Assembly: GCA_951406725.2 (NCBI GenBank)
Contig: OX597820.1
Coordinates: forward strand, 56,544,001 to 56,608,000
From: Octopus vulgaris
Lineage: Eukaryota
Direction of reading: 5' to 3'
DNA length: 64,000 bases
In this document: positions 40,255 through 55,118 of the stretch, in pieces
How positions within the stretch are numbered: position 1 is the first letter of the stretch
Layout of the letters: each line of letters opens with the position of its first letter
The notes under the pieces: model-generated
What the model saw: the letters and a program-made list of their open reading frames with translations, nothing else
Databases searched by the model: none
Told to the model about the DNA's origin: nothing
Program-made: the position numbers and the translations under genes

Positions 40255-41190
40255 GATGGTAATGATAATTATGGCAGTGGTGGTTGTGGTGGTAGTGGTG
40301 ATGATGGTGGTGGTGATGATGGTGGTGGTGATGATGGTGGTGTGGAAGATGGTGGTGGTGGTGATGATGGTGGTGGTGATGATGGTGGTGATGATGGTGG
40401 TGGTGATGATGGTGGTGATTATGATCGGGGTGTGGAAGATGGTGGTGGTGGTGATGATGATGGTAGTGATGGTGGTGGTGATGATGGTGGTAGTGATGAT
40501 GGTGGTGGTGATGATGGTGGTGGTGATGGTGGTGGTGATGATGGTGGTGATTATGATCGGGGTGTGGAAGATGGTGGTGGTGGTGATGATGGTGGTAGTG
40601 ATGGTGGTGGTGATGATGGTGGTGGTGATGATGGTGGTGGTGGTGATGATGATGGTGGTGATTATGATCGGGGTGTGGAAGATGGTGGCGGTGGTGATAA
40701 TGATGGTGGTGATGGTGGTGGTGATGATGGCAGTGGTGATGATGGTGGTGATTATGATCGGGGTGTGGAAGATGGGGGTGGTGGTGATGATGGTAGTGAT
40801 GGTGGTGGTGATGATGGCAGTGGTGATGATGGTGGTGGTGATGGTGGTGGTGATGGTGGTGGTGATGATGGTGGTGGTGATGATGGTGGTGTTGATTATG
40901 ATCGGGGTGTGGAAGATGGTGGTGGTGGTGATAATGATGGTGATGGTGGTGGTGATGATGGCAGTGGTGATGATGGTGGTGGTGATGATGGTGGTGATTA
41001 TGATCGGGGTGTGGAAGATGGTGGTGGTGATGATGATCGGGGTGTGGATGATGGCGGTGATGATTGTAGTCGTGGTGATGGTGGTGGTGATGACAATAGT
41101 GGTAGTGATGATGATGATGATGTCAGTCCTGATGGTAGTAGGGGTCACGATGATGCCAGTGATGGTGGTGGTGATTGTGTTAGTTGGGGG
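40255..41190. repeat. (GGT/GAT) compound repeat with a recurring GATTATGATCGGGGTGTGGAAGAT block
   Basis: Block starts at 40417, 40549, 40660, 40750, 40894, 40996, partial ~41035. Confidence 0.9.
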
Positions 41191-41314
41191 TGCTGATGGT
41201 AGTAATGACGCTAGTGGTGCTCTTTGCGTGTGATTTGAGTGTTATTTCTACCAGCTCGAGCGACTGCTCAGAGACTCCCAAAGGTAGCGTTGGTAGTGCT
41301 TGTGTTTTTATGTT

Positions 41315-41738
41315 TACTTTTTTTATCTTTTACTTCTTTCAGTCATTGGACTGCGGCCACGCTGGGGCACTGTCTTGAAGAGATTTTGTTAAACAAATCG
41401 ACCCCAATATATATAATTTTTTTTCTGTAAGTCTGGTACTTATTCTATCGGCCTCTATTGCCGGAAGAAAAGAATTACGGGATGTAGCCACACCAACACC
41501 GGTTACCAAGTGACGGTGGAGAAACAAACACCAGCACAAAAACACACACATAAATATACATACGCACATACAATGGGCTTCCACACAGTTTTCCTCTACG
41601 AAATTCATTCCCAAGGCATAAGTCAGCTGGAGTAGAAGACACTCACCCACGGTGTCACAAAGTGGGACGGGACAGGACTGAACTCGAAGCCATATGCTTG
41701 CTAAGCGATCCTCCAAACCGCACAGCCATGCCAGCGCC
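41315..41738 (-). mobile_element. Degenerate SINE family A
   Basis: cagtcattggactgcggccacgctggggcac...accgcacagccatgcc. Confidence 0.78.
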
Positions 41739-41759
41739 CATTGAGATAGACGTCATGAG

Positions 41760-42560
41760 TGGCAGTAGTAGCGTTGATGGTAGTGGTTGTAGTAGTATTA
41801 GTGGTAGTGATTGCTGTTGTAGTCGTCGTAGTAGAGGGGGTGGTAGTAGTAGAGGTAGAGGCAGTGGTGATGTTGGTGTTGGTAGTAATAATGGTGGTAT
41901 TAGTGGTGGCGGTAGAGATGGTGGTAGTGGTGTTGTAGTGGTGGTGTTGGTAGTGTTAGTGGTAGCAGGGGTTGCAGTGGTTATGGTAGTAGTAGTGGTG
42001 GTGGTGCTGGTGGTGTTGGTAGTGTTGTTGTAGTGGTGGTGTTGGTAGTGTTAGTGGTGGCAGTGATTGTGGTAGTAGTGGTTATGGTGATAGTGGTTAT
42101 AATAATAGTAGTGGTAGTAATGGTAGCAGTGGTGGTAGTAGTTGTAGCAGTAGTAGTGGTGGTGGTGATGCTGGTAGTGGTTGTGGCAGTGGTGATGTTG
42201 ATAGTGTTGTTATAGTGGTGATGTTGCTATGTTGGTAGTGGTGTTGTAGTAAAGGTTTTGGTAGTGCTGTTGGTAGTGTTAGGGGTGGCAGTGGTTGTGG
42301 TAGTGGTAGTTATGGTGATAGTAGTCGTGGTGGTGGTGGTAGTAGTTGTGGTAGTGGTTGTATAGTAGTAGTAGTAGTAGCAGTGGTGGTGGTGGCGCTA
42401 GTTGTAGTAGTAGTGGTGGTGGTAGTGGTTGTAGTAGTAGTTGTAGTAGCAGTAATAGTAGTAATATTAGTAGTAGTAGTGGTGGTAGGAGTAGTTGTAG
42501 TAGTAACAGTAGTGGTAGAAGTAGTAGTAATAGTAGTGGTGGTGGTGGTAGTGAATGCGG
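41760..42560. repeat. Degenerate (GTA/GTG/GTT)n low-complexity tract
   Basis: Direct reading. Confidence 0.9.
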
Positions 42561-42828
42561 ATAGTAACAGAGGAGATGTCTAGATGGTGAAGATGATGGT
42601 AGCGATAGTGGGTGGTGGTCACGGCAGTAATGATAAAAAGAGTATACGCATGATGGTGGGAGTGGTGAAGAAGACACGCTTCCAATCAACCTTTTCACAA
42701 TTACAGTGATTACATAACAGTATTATCTATACTAGAGAAATGGTTTTTTTTCTCTCTCAACACAAATGTTTCACAGATTTACTAACGAGAACAAACTATA
42801 AATAAAACAGAGAAGAAAAAAAGAAGCA

Positions 42829-42885
<57 letters not shown>

Positions 42886-43171
42886 GCATATATATATGTG
42901 TATATGTGTGTGAGGATGCATGTTTCTGTTTGTGTCTTTATAATAGTAATGTGTACGTGAGTGGTTGTGTGTACATGTGTGTGTGTGTGTAATTGTTAAT
43001 GCGTATATACGAATGTATATGCATAAGCATGGCGGCAAATGAGTGTGCATGTATGTAAATGTATATGAATATACACATGCACACACATATACATATATAT
43101 ACATACATACATACATACAACACACTCACATTTGTGCATATACGCATATTTTAGTGTCTGTCTGTCAGTCC

Positions 43172-43255
<84 letters not shown>

Positions 43256-43286
43256 GTCTGTCTATCTATCTATCTGTGTGTGTGTG

Positions 43287-43350
<64 letters not shown>

Positions 43351-43424
43351 CGTCTATCTATCTTATATATACGCACACACACTCACACACACACATATGT
43401 GTGTATATACATAAAAAAATCATG

Positions 43425-43672
43425 AGCCCCTTTTAAAGACTAGCCAGGCTCATGGGCCTGGTTTCCCGGTTTCAATGGCGTATGTGTTCCCAAACTGGAC
43501 GGGACGCCAGTCTATCGCGGCGTTACTCATTTTTGCCAGCTCAGTGTATTGGAGCAACGTGAAATGAAGTGTTTTGCTCAAGAGCACAACGCGTCGCCCG
43601 GTCCAGGAATCGAAACCACAATCTTACGATCATGATGCTAACACCCCAACCACTAAGCCACGCGTCTCCACA
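43425..43672 (-). mobile_element. tRNA-derived SINE family C2 (head shared with C1, different tail)
   Basis: Minus: TGGCTTAGTGG A box, GGTTTCGATTCC B box, TTGAGCAAAACACTTCATTTCACGTTGCTCC, GACTGGCGTCCCGTCCAG. Confidence 0.82.
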
Positions 43673-43900
43673 TGTGTGTATATACTTGTACAAATATGCA
43701 GTTGTGCATGTGCGTGTGTGTGTGTGCGTGTAAGTGAATGTCTTGGAAATGTTGTTAACAGATCTGCCATTGTGTTCACTGCTATTTCATTTGTCTTCTG
43801 TTGAATAAAAGAAATTGTTCTCCTTGTCCACTTCAGATTTTCAAAGAGTAGATTTTACTCATTACCATATTCTGTAGCCATTAAATCGAACTCCCCGCTG

Positions 43901-43961
<61 letters not shown>

Positions 43962-44353
43962 CACCACCACCACCACCACCACCTCTATTACCAACATCTT
44001 TATAACCCCCGATACTACAACTCTTTACACGACTACCAACACGCCACCACTACTACATTATTGTCATTTGTACTGTAACTACCTAGTACGCCAAAAAGGG
44101 CTAGGTACAATAACATGGGGTTCGGGTTCACAGTGAGATTAAACAACTAAGCAGGTATCAGGTGTTGGTAGGATACTATAGATTTATTACTGGGTTCGTC
44201 ACCGCCAAGATTTTACCACACCCGTTTACATCTGTTTAAACTTTGACTTGTAACTGGTGGATTTATGCCATGATACAAATAAGTCCTACCGAAACAGCTG
44301 TCGTAAATTTTAAACCCCATTTGAATTCTTTTGTTGCTATCATTACACACACA

Positions 44354-44398
<45 letters not shown>

Positions 44399-44439
44399 AC
44401 ACACAGACCTGCGCGCACGCACGCACCCACACATGCATA

Positions 44440-44720
44440 TACCTCCTTCTCTTGAACTCTCCTGTCTTTGAAAGAACTTTTTCTTCACCCATTCCCTTCC
44501 GAGCAGTTCAATATGTGACTGCGTGTGTATCGTTGGCGATTTTCTTTCTCCGTCTTCCCCTCCCTGGGTCTTTTCTTTTTCTATGTTTCTGACGAAGAGC
44601 TCCACTCGAAACGTTAAATCCTCCTTCTTTCTTTCCTTTCCTGAGCGTCCAATAACACTATACTTATTTCACGTCCTCGCGTTGTTGTGTTTTCTCTTTG
44701 TCTATGTTGGGATTAACTAT
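44440..44720 (+). mobile_element. HHR-bearing short element related to family D
   Basis: GTTT-CTGACGA-A-GAG-CTCCA-CTC-GAAA-CGT-T-AAAT at 44585-44619; downstream ttcctgagcgtccaataac resembles family D. Confidence 0.7.
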
Positions 44721-44741
44721 ATATGTATATGTGTGTGTGTG

Positions 44742-44925
44742 TATAGTGAGAATTTACAAAAAACAACAACAAAAGACGAAGATGGGTGTGTAAATAACTA
44801 ACAGATGTATTAGTTTAATGCTCGGGAAGGTGAGAAAATATTTTACGTTTCGAGCCTATGCTCTTCAACAGAAAGGAACACGAAGAAATAAACAGAAAGA
44901 GAATAAAAAAGCTTAGTGGCTAGCA
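44742..44925 (-). mobile_element. HHR-bearing short element family D
   Basis: Minus CTTT-CTGTTGA-A-GAGC-ATAG-GCTC-GAAA-CGT-A-AAA at 44875-44840. Confidence 0.72.
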
Positions 44926-45384
44926 GTCTTATATATATGTATGTATATATGCATGTGTGTATGTGTGTGTGTGTGTATTTGTGTGTGTGTGTGTAATCGA
45001 TATAAATATTCATATATATATCGGCGAATATGTAAACGTTCACGAGAAAACCGAGAAACCGCCACTTTTGAGCTACAGACTCTCCATCTATGGTGTTTGT
45101 TCCGCCCGAGTTTCACGATTCCTTGTCATTCTGGCCATCGTAAATGCAGTGAACCACTGATTAGCCAATCGTAAGCGACGCTATTGTTCATAAAACACAG
45201 CATTTAATATATATATATTTAAATACAACTGTGTTGTAGTCTTCTTTTCTGTCTTGCTATAACTTTTATTAATTCTGTATTTTATCTCTTTTGAGCATTA
45301 TAAGTATGTGTACTTGTGTATGTGTATGTGCGTGTCTGTACTCACCCTCCTCCAACATACACACTGAAAGAATACATTGAGACA

Positions 45385-46150
<766 letters not shown>

Positions 46151-46467
46151 ATGCTGTATTTCTCTGCAATGCTAGATAGCATGTTTTGGAGACATTTATG
46201 TAAAGGGTTGCGCAATCTATTATTTTCCATTCTGTATTTGTGTTCATGTTATTTACCGTTAAAACCCCAAATGTGCTTTGCAAGAACACGCTTGGGTGGA
46301 CATAAAATAAACTAATTCAGAAAAGTCCTAACGTATGCCTTCAAAATAACCATAAACATCAAGTATGAAATAGCTATAAGTTATTATACATATAACATAC
46401 ATACGTCCACATATAATACAAATACTTAGCGAAGTCGAAGCAATCAATTCAAATCATGTATTAGAGT

Positions 46468-46755
46468 AAAGACCCCCTTCCGTCATGAAGGACCATAGGA
46501 TTTCACCTAGAAAGTTCCTCTCCGAGGCGAGGTTGTTTATGGAAGACCAGCAGTCAACCATGCATACCAGCCTTCCCTCTCCACGCCACCGATGCTATCC
46601 AAGGGAAAGGCAAAAGCCCATGAAGCTTGCCACCAGTGACGTGGCAACTCATTCCTACAGCTGGGTGAACTGAAGCAACGTGAAAACAAAGTGTCTTGCT
46701 CAAGAACACAACACGCAGCCCGGTCCGGGAATCGAAGTCACTACCTCATGATTGT
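46468..46755 (-). mobile_element. SINE family C1
   Basis: Homologous to 7150-7478. Confidence 0.82.
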
Positions 46756-46759
46756 TTCC

Positions 46760-47082
46760 AGAGGTGAATTATTCAAACCCCAAAGAATCCCTCTCAACGT
46801 GGGTGGTTCTTTCAACATCCTTAAACAACCCTTATTCAGGGACCTTTTGAGTGGGATGGGCTACTCAACCTGAAGAAAATTCTAACTGGGCCCCACCTGC
46901 AAGGTCATGCGCTGTTTATCTTGATATGAGATCACCATGTCGCGCACATATGGTTGTGATGCATGTGCCTGGTGTACCCTTATCAGACGGGTAGTCATGA
47001 TGGGTATATTGGGCTTCGTATATTTTACCCCAGTGTCACTTTGATGGCATAAACTGCTCTCTCACTCAATAATAATAATAAT
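46760..47082 (+). mobile_element. Unclassified retroelement 3' end with (AAT)n tail
   Basis: Relatively GC-rich block ending ctgctctctcactc(aat)n; no coding motif seen. Confidence 0.35.
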
Positions 47083-47457
47083 AAGAGCACTCAGAGAGCG
47101 CAAACTTTCGCCAAGGCAACATCAATGTCCTGCCAATGATTAGCCGGAGATGATTTTTAAAATGAGAATATCTGAAATAAACTCAACTGCTCTCATAAAT
47201 GAGAATACTAAAAATGAACCCAACCGCTCTCAAAATTAAGTAAAAAAAAAAAAAAGGAAAAATAATCCATAATCCTTATCTGGTACCGGATAGATCCCAA
47301 TATGTAATCAGTTCGTGCCAGTCACGAGGCCAAACATCCCTGAAAGTTTCATCTGAATCCATCAAGCGGTTCATGAGATATCTTGTCCACAGACAAACAA
47401 ACAAACAAACAAACACAACTGAAAACAATGCCTCCACCTTAGTGAAGGCGGAGGTAA
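47083..47457 (-). mobile_element. Non-autonomous Helentron-type element (HINE/DINE-1-like)
   Basis: Minus: TTACCTCCGCCTT-CACT-AAGGTGGAGG 5' subTIR/hairpin, (GTTT)n, 3' subTIR GGCGAAAG, palindrome GCGCTC-TCT-GAGTGC, then TCTT. Confidence 0.75.
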
Positions 47458-47605
47458 TAATTATAATAATATTAATAGTAGTAGTAGTAGTAGAGTGCCA
47501 TTGTCATCTAGCGAACGATATTTCGACATCTTGTGTCTCTTCAATAGGTTCAAAAAATGATTTTGTCAATTTTCTTCATTTTGATTAATATATAAAGGAT
47601 TGAGG

Positions 47606-47794
<189 letters not shown>

Positions 47795-48789
47795 TAAGTG
47801 CTTCCTTAAATGCACCTGCAGTTTAATTCCTAATATAATGGCCTGCAGATGTGCAAGAAATGACTTTTAGTGTTCTGTTAAAACGGAAAAACTTCAAACA
47901 TTCTAACAAATGTTCTAAAAACTGTACCAAATAGGTGATGGATTCTTCGTCGATATATCAATCAATGCAAAAACCAGTATAGTCCTCGGAGGCCGTCTTG
48001 AACAATAACAGAACTAATTCCTGCTGAGGTCAACTATATCTTTTATCCATTGATATTCGATATATAAAGTTCCAGTTCAGGACTGAAGTCGATGATTCTT
48101 CCTCTCTTGGTCTTTCTATCTGTTCTTTTGAGGAATAAATCAGTCGTAGTCAGACCTGGAGGCAGATGAGTTTCGCCAAATTTATAATGTCCAAAATACA
48201 TCGTATGTTTAGACGACCAACTTATGAGTTGATAACGCTTGATAACGTTCTAAATTTTAACACCGTCCATTCTGATTAATGCAAAACGTTTCTTATTTAA
48301 GCGAGACGGTTGATTAGTTTGTGTATTATTTTTGTACACAGTTCCGAAGAGATACCTCCCTGGACAGCCAAGTAGTATACACTTTGCAGCATGCATAACT
48401 AGTTCGTTGTTAGCAGACATGTTTTTAGACAAAATGTGTGAATAGTCACCGTGATGTTGTTGGCTGAAACAATTGTTAACCATGAAACAAAAATATCATG
48501 AATGCCAAACTTTAGTTTCTGTTATTGATTGATATTCTATGACAGAAGAGAAGCTTAGGGAATTTCTGCCAATTTGAAATATCCGTTTCCGTTTCCACAG
48601 AGGATTTTCTCTTTCCGTGTTTTTCAGATAGTCGTCGTCCATGTGAGTGCTTTCTTAGGTAAGCGCCTGGATTATCTTCTCCCTACTAACTTGCTATATA
48701 TATATACTCGCACAAGCACCCACATATATATTTGTATACATACATGTATATTATACATATGCAATATCTATCTATCTATCTTTCTATCA

Positions 48790-48893
<104 letters not shown>

Positions 48894-49004
48894 GTCTATC
48901 TATCTATCAATCAATCAATCAATCAATCTATCTATATATGTAGTTTTATATTTTTCATACTGTTGTATAAATCTCTTGCAGTTTGTTTGAAACAATAAAA
49001 TTAA

Positions 49005-49046
49005 TGCATGAACGTTTCAAGAATTCTAGCCTATCTTCAGGATGCA
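49005..49046 (-). ncRNA. Minimal type I HHR motif
   Basis: Minus TGCATC-CTGAAGA-TAGGCTAGAATTCTT-GAAA-CGT-T-CATGCA. Confidence 0.5.
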
Positions 49047-49304
49047 AACTCTGTTGACATGTGTCACTTGCTTTAGCATATATTTTTCAAACGAACGGCA
49101 AAGAAATTATATGAAAATATGAGATATAATATAAAAGATAAAATTAAAACGTAGTTCTGTTTTTCAATACAACTGTATAAGCATAGCAGTTCCCCATATA
49201 TATACGAATAGGTAGTACACAAATATACATACATACATACATACATACATACATACATACATACATACATACATACATACATACATACATACATACATAC
49301 ACAA

Positions 49305-49936
49305 ATATATTGTCAGTGAAGACCTCAATAAAATGTAAGCACAACAGACCTGATATAATGATTTGGGATAGAGAAGAGAAACTGCGCACAGTTGTAGAAA
49401 TTAGCTGCCCAGCGGATGTTGACATAAAACTGAAGATGAGTGAAAAAGAGAATACCTACGCTGAACTACTGAGAAATCTGCAGTTACTTTATCCAGATTA
49501 CAAGTTCAGGTTTATACCTGTAATTATTGGCGCCCTAGGATATGTAACATACTGCCTAAATACAAATCTTGAAAAATTAGGCTTCTCAAAACCAGAAAGG
49601 AGAAAGCTAATTCGAAGTCTACAGATCCAATCCATCACTGAAACTGTAAACATCTGTAAAGCTTTCCAGACGTTTATCATTTAAATATATATGAGCATGT
49701 CTAGATATGTAGCTATATGCATGAGAAGACATGCATACAACATACAAACCTTCACATCCATCCATCCATCCATCCAACCATCCATCCATCCATCCATCCA
49801 TCCATCCATATATACATACAAACAAACAAAAGTAACTTATTGTTGATGTTGAAATTCCAATGAAGGCGCCTTGGATCTACGTTAGAAACCGGTTTTTTCC
49901 CTATTGGTAAGAAATCTTGAAATGAACTGAATAACG
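49305..49936 (+). mobile_element. 5'-truncated REL LINE (endonuclease domain and 3' UTR) inside (TACA)n
   Basis: KHNRPDIMIWDREEKLRTVVEISCP...EKENTY...FIPVIIGALG (RPD..E...K..Y motif); (TACA)n on both sides. Confidence 0.88.
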
Positions 49937-50221
49937 ACATACATGCATACATGCATACATATATACATACATACATACATACATACATACATACATACAT
50001 AGATTTATACATACATACATACATACATACATACATACATACATACATACATACATACATACATACATACATACACACATACACATGTACATACAGTCAT
50101 AAGTACTTGTAACACTCATGACACCAGAATTGTAGAAATAGCATATTTCAGCAAAGACCTGGAAGAGAGGCCCCCTGTATTCAGAGGAATGCTTCAATTA
50201 AACATGGCAGAGTGATAATAT

Positions 50222-50810
50222 TGGTTTCAAATTCTGGCACAAGGCTAGCAAGTTCTAGTGAAGGTGGGCAAGTTGATTACATCGACCACAGTGATAAACT
50301 AGTACGTATTTTATCGACATCGAAAGGATGAAAGGCATTTAAAAACAGAACTTAAATACGGATGTAATGCCGCGAAGCATTTTGTCCGGCGTGTTAACAA
50401 TTCTGCCAGCCCGCCGCCCTAAAGATAATGATAATATTCTTTCTTCTATAGATGGTACTTATTTTATTGAAGCCGAAAGGATGAAAAACAAAGTCGACCT
50501 CGGTGGAATTTGAACACAGAACGTAAAGACAGATGAAATGCTGCTAAGTATTTGGTCCGGCGTGCTAACGTTTCTTATTTCTTTACTGCCCACAAGGGGC
50601 TACACACAGAGGGGACAAACAAAGACAGACAAACGGATTAAGTCGATTATATCGACCCCAGTGCGTAACTGGTACTTATTTAATCGACCCCGAAAGGATG
50701 AAAGGCAAAGTCAACCTCGGCGGAATTTGAACTCAGAACGTAACGGCAGACGAAATACTGCTAAGCATTTCTCCCGGCGTGCTAACGATTCTGCCAGCTC
50801 GACGCCTTAA
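50222..50810 (-). mobile_element. Cluster of SINE family B copies
   Basis: Two heads (ctgccagc...gcc) and three gaaaggatgaaa body blocks. Confidence 0.85.
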
Positions 50811-50849
50811 GGATGGTAATAATATCAATACAAGGTATGGCCTCCCTTC

Positions 50850-51325
50850 TCGTTGCGGCTGTTACATCACTTCATAATTCGAGGGTTATGCTTTTGCAAT
50901 TACGAAGCAGAGAATATTTGCGAAATGCGACGTGGTGTAATAGCTGTGAGTCCAAGAGAAGCTACACTTCGTATTAAGCCCTCTCATTCCCAATGTACAA
51001 CCGAAAGTATCGATTATGTCACATTCCTGAAGCTGTTACCTATGTGGCCTGTAGCTTACCCAAAACGTCACCAAGATACTCATCTCTTACGGAATGATGT
51101 TGTTTCTAAAACAATATGAAATGTCGTTTGTTGGAGATGCTCTGCCATAAAAATATCATCACAAGTAGTATTGATAAGGCCCTATATAGTTCGCTGGGAG
51201 AGAAAAGAAGAATTGGACATAATCGTAGAGGTCAGCTGCTCTGTAGATGTGAATATTTCTTGCAAAATTAGTCAGAAGGAGAACATTTATATACGAATGG
51301 ACAACTACTTCTAAATTTCGAAGTC
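50850..51325 (+). mobile_element. Very decayed REL LINE fragment
   Basis: FEGYAFAI, IIVEVSCSVDVNISCKISQKENIY; homologous to 49310-49684. Confidence 0.6.
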
Positions 51326-52899
51326 TTCTGCTTCTCTCCCTTTATACTAATATTGATATATATATATATATAAACATACATATACATACATAAATACATA
51401 CATATATATATAATATATATATTATACGCACACACACATACATACGCACATGTACACGTATATATGTACGTTCGTGTTTACAAGCATTCATACATACGCA
51501 CATACATACACACATATATATGTATGTGAATACACACACACTCACTCACACATACATACATATAGATAGTGATGATAACGATGAAGGAAACAATAGTGAC
51601 GATAGTAATTATTAAAAAAATGTTATAAAATATATAATAAACCTCAGCAAACATAACAGAGAGAGAAAAAGAGAGGGGAAGGAAGAGAGAGGGTGGGAGG
51701 GAGAGATGAGAAAGAGAAGATAGATAGAGAGAGGTGGGGAGGAAAAATAATCTGAAAGAAATTTTGATTCACTTTGTTTTGTCCATTAAAAAAAAATAAC
51801 AAATACCAACCCCCTCTCCTCATTCACACACCGCCACCGAAAAACAAAGAATCGCCATTGAAATGACGTATTAATGGAAAAATTTTCGTAATGGAACTTT
51901 GTATAAGAAAATTAAAATAAAATAAATTAAAATACAAATAAAATATGCCAGAATTAAATAATATTAAAAACGATTTATTAAAACTTTCAGTGAATGATTT
52001 GCTCAATGAAAGAAAAGCAGAAAAAGATAAGAAAAATGAGATATACCTGGACAAATATGGAAAAATACCGAAATTACTGAAATGGACGCAAACATAAATA
52101 AACAATAAAAATTGCGAATAAAAGTTAAATGATAAAATTAAAAACATATATAACATAAATATAATTATTAATGAGAGAGTAAAGGGGAGATAGAAAAAGA
52201 GGGAGATTGAGAGGAGGAGGAGGAGGGGGAGACGATAGGTGGGTGATTGGGTGGGGGGTGCTGTTTGGAGAAAGCGAAAGTGAAAAATCTTTAATGTAAT
52301 CTCTTTCCATATAATTTATCAATATTCGTTTGGTATTGCTGTGTGGTTTTATCAAGACATTAGTGAATATTGAATTGTAGTTAGCAAGAACAACAACAAT
52401 ACTCGCGAACGCATACACACACACACATAGGTATGCATGTATGCTAACGGCGTATATACATGCGTAGATACATAGATAATACATATTTACTTACAGAGCC
52501 ACAGACGGGGTATACAAGCATTATTTCTATTAACATAAGCATACTTCCAAGTGCATCATATCAGATATTTACCAACATGCATACAAGCATACATGCATGC
52601 AAACGCATATATAGATGCACACACACACACACACACACACATACATATATACCTATACACAGATACACAGTCAAATAATCATACATTATTCCTGTAATCA
52701 AACGCATATATCTATGTACAACATAGCAATCATTTGTAGTCATACACGCACACACACACACATACACGCAAGCATACGCATATACCTATATAAAACATAC
52801 TCTCACACATCTACATACTATACATACACACATACAATACCGAAATATATATTTACAATAACGAAAATGTAGGATCAAAGGTTCTTCCTGAATGTTAGG

Positions 52900-53062
52900 A
52901 ACGCCGCTATGTTGCTGTATTATTCATTTTTGCTAGCTGAGTCTACCGGAGTAATGTGAATGACATATTTTGCTCAAGAACTCAACACATCGCCCTGTTC
53001 AGGAATCGAAACCTTACGATCATGAGTGCAACAGCCAAACTACTAAGTCACGTGCCTGCACG
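52900..53062 (-). mobile_element. SINE family C fragment
   Basis: ttttgctcaagaactcaacac...aggaatcgaaaccttacgatcatgag...actaagtcacg. Confidence 0.7.
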
Positions 53063-53082
53063 TACTCGGTGTACATACATAT

Positions 53083-54096
53083 TGTGATGAACCTGCCGTC
53101 GCTCAACTCGAACTCGGGACCCTAAGTCGAGCGGCGACGATCACGCTCAGTCGAACCGGGAATCCGCCACAGAAAACGGTGGTGGGATGGCAGCGAACAC
53201 AAACCAGTAACCGGAGATAACAACAACAACAACAATAGGAAGAGAGAGACACGGCGGAAGGCAGTTGCTTACATTTAACAACAGTTTATCCAATTGTTAC
53301 AACATCAAATAAAACGTAATACATATCAGATACATTAAAGAAAAACATTCAACAAATTGTACAGGGTTAAAAGAAAAACAATAATCCATGCATGCACAAT
53401 ACAGAGTTCGAAAACAGTCCATATTAAAGTCTTTCTTTTTCTCTGACACAATAAATTACAGTTTACGTCACAATGTTCTTTTCCCTTCTTTTCTCTCTTT
53501 TTCACAGTCCCTTTTTGACACAATTCTTTTTCCTTTTTGTCAGTCTTCCGTTTTTTTTTTAACACAACTCACAAGTTCTTTTCTCTTCTTTTTCCTTCTC
53601 TTTTTATATTTCACATTAACATCTAAAACTCAACAACGAAAACATAAACAAAACATTACTGTACGTTTTCTAGTCTGCAACACTCCCTGGATCATTACAA
53701 AAAAACTCCCACTATATCAGACCGAGTTCAAAATACTTGTCATCCTTGTCGTTGCCTCTCCCGACTGCACCTCTAGCGAACTGACTGTCTCAGGCAAAAC
53801 TAACCAACCCAGGTCAACTCTCTCTCGCCAACTGACCAACAAACCCCAGCTCACCACATTTTAAAGGGTGGTAGATTTATTTGTTTGTTACACTTTCCCT
53901 GACCGTAGGGATAAATATGTCACTTCCTAACTCATTGATTTTCCCTAAAAATGACAGAACAAAGCCAAAATAACCTGTCTCCCTAGTCCATCTGGCACCA
54001 AACCACGAAACTGGGTCACAGCACTTTTTCTCCGACTGACCTCGTATAAATACATAAAGAACCACTGCGAGATTCAAGGATACATTCGCCATGACA
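53083..54096 (-). mobile_element. Probable solo LTR (~1014 bp)
   Basis: Termini TGTGATG...CATGACA; direct repeat TACATAT at 53076-53082 and 54097-54103; non-coding, with strong C/T strand skew. Confidence 0.6.
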
Positions 54097-54127
54097 TACA
54101 TATCTACATACAGTATTCATATTCATG

Positions 54128-55118
<991 letters not shown>

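Noticed and set aside
40417-41050. CRISPR-like array (constant block with variable spacers)
   Set aside because: Spacers are GGT/GAT microsatellite, the context is eukaryotic and there are no cas genes.
49851-49910. HHR in the REL LINE 3' UTR (CCAATGA...GAAACCGGTT)
   Set aside because: Two core mismatches, also seen in the related copy near 16470, and no stem I; better read as a conserved 3' UTR hairpin.
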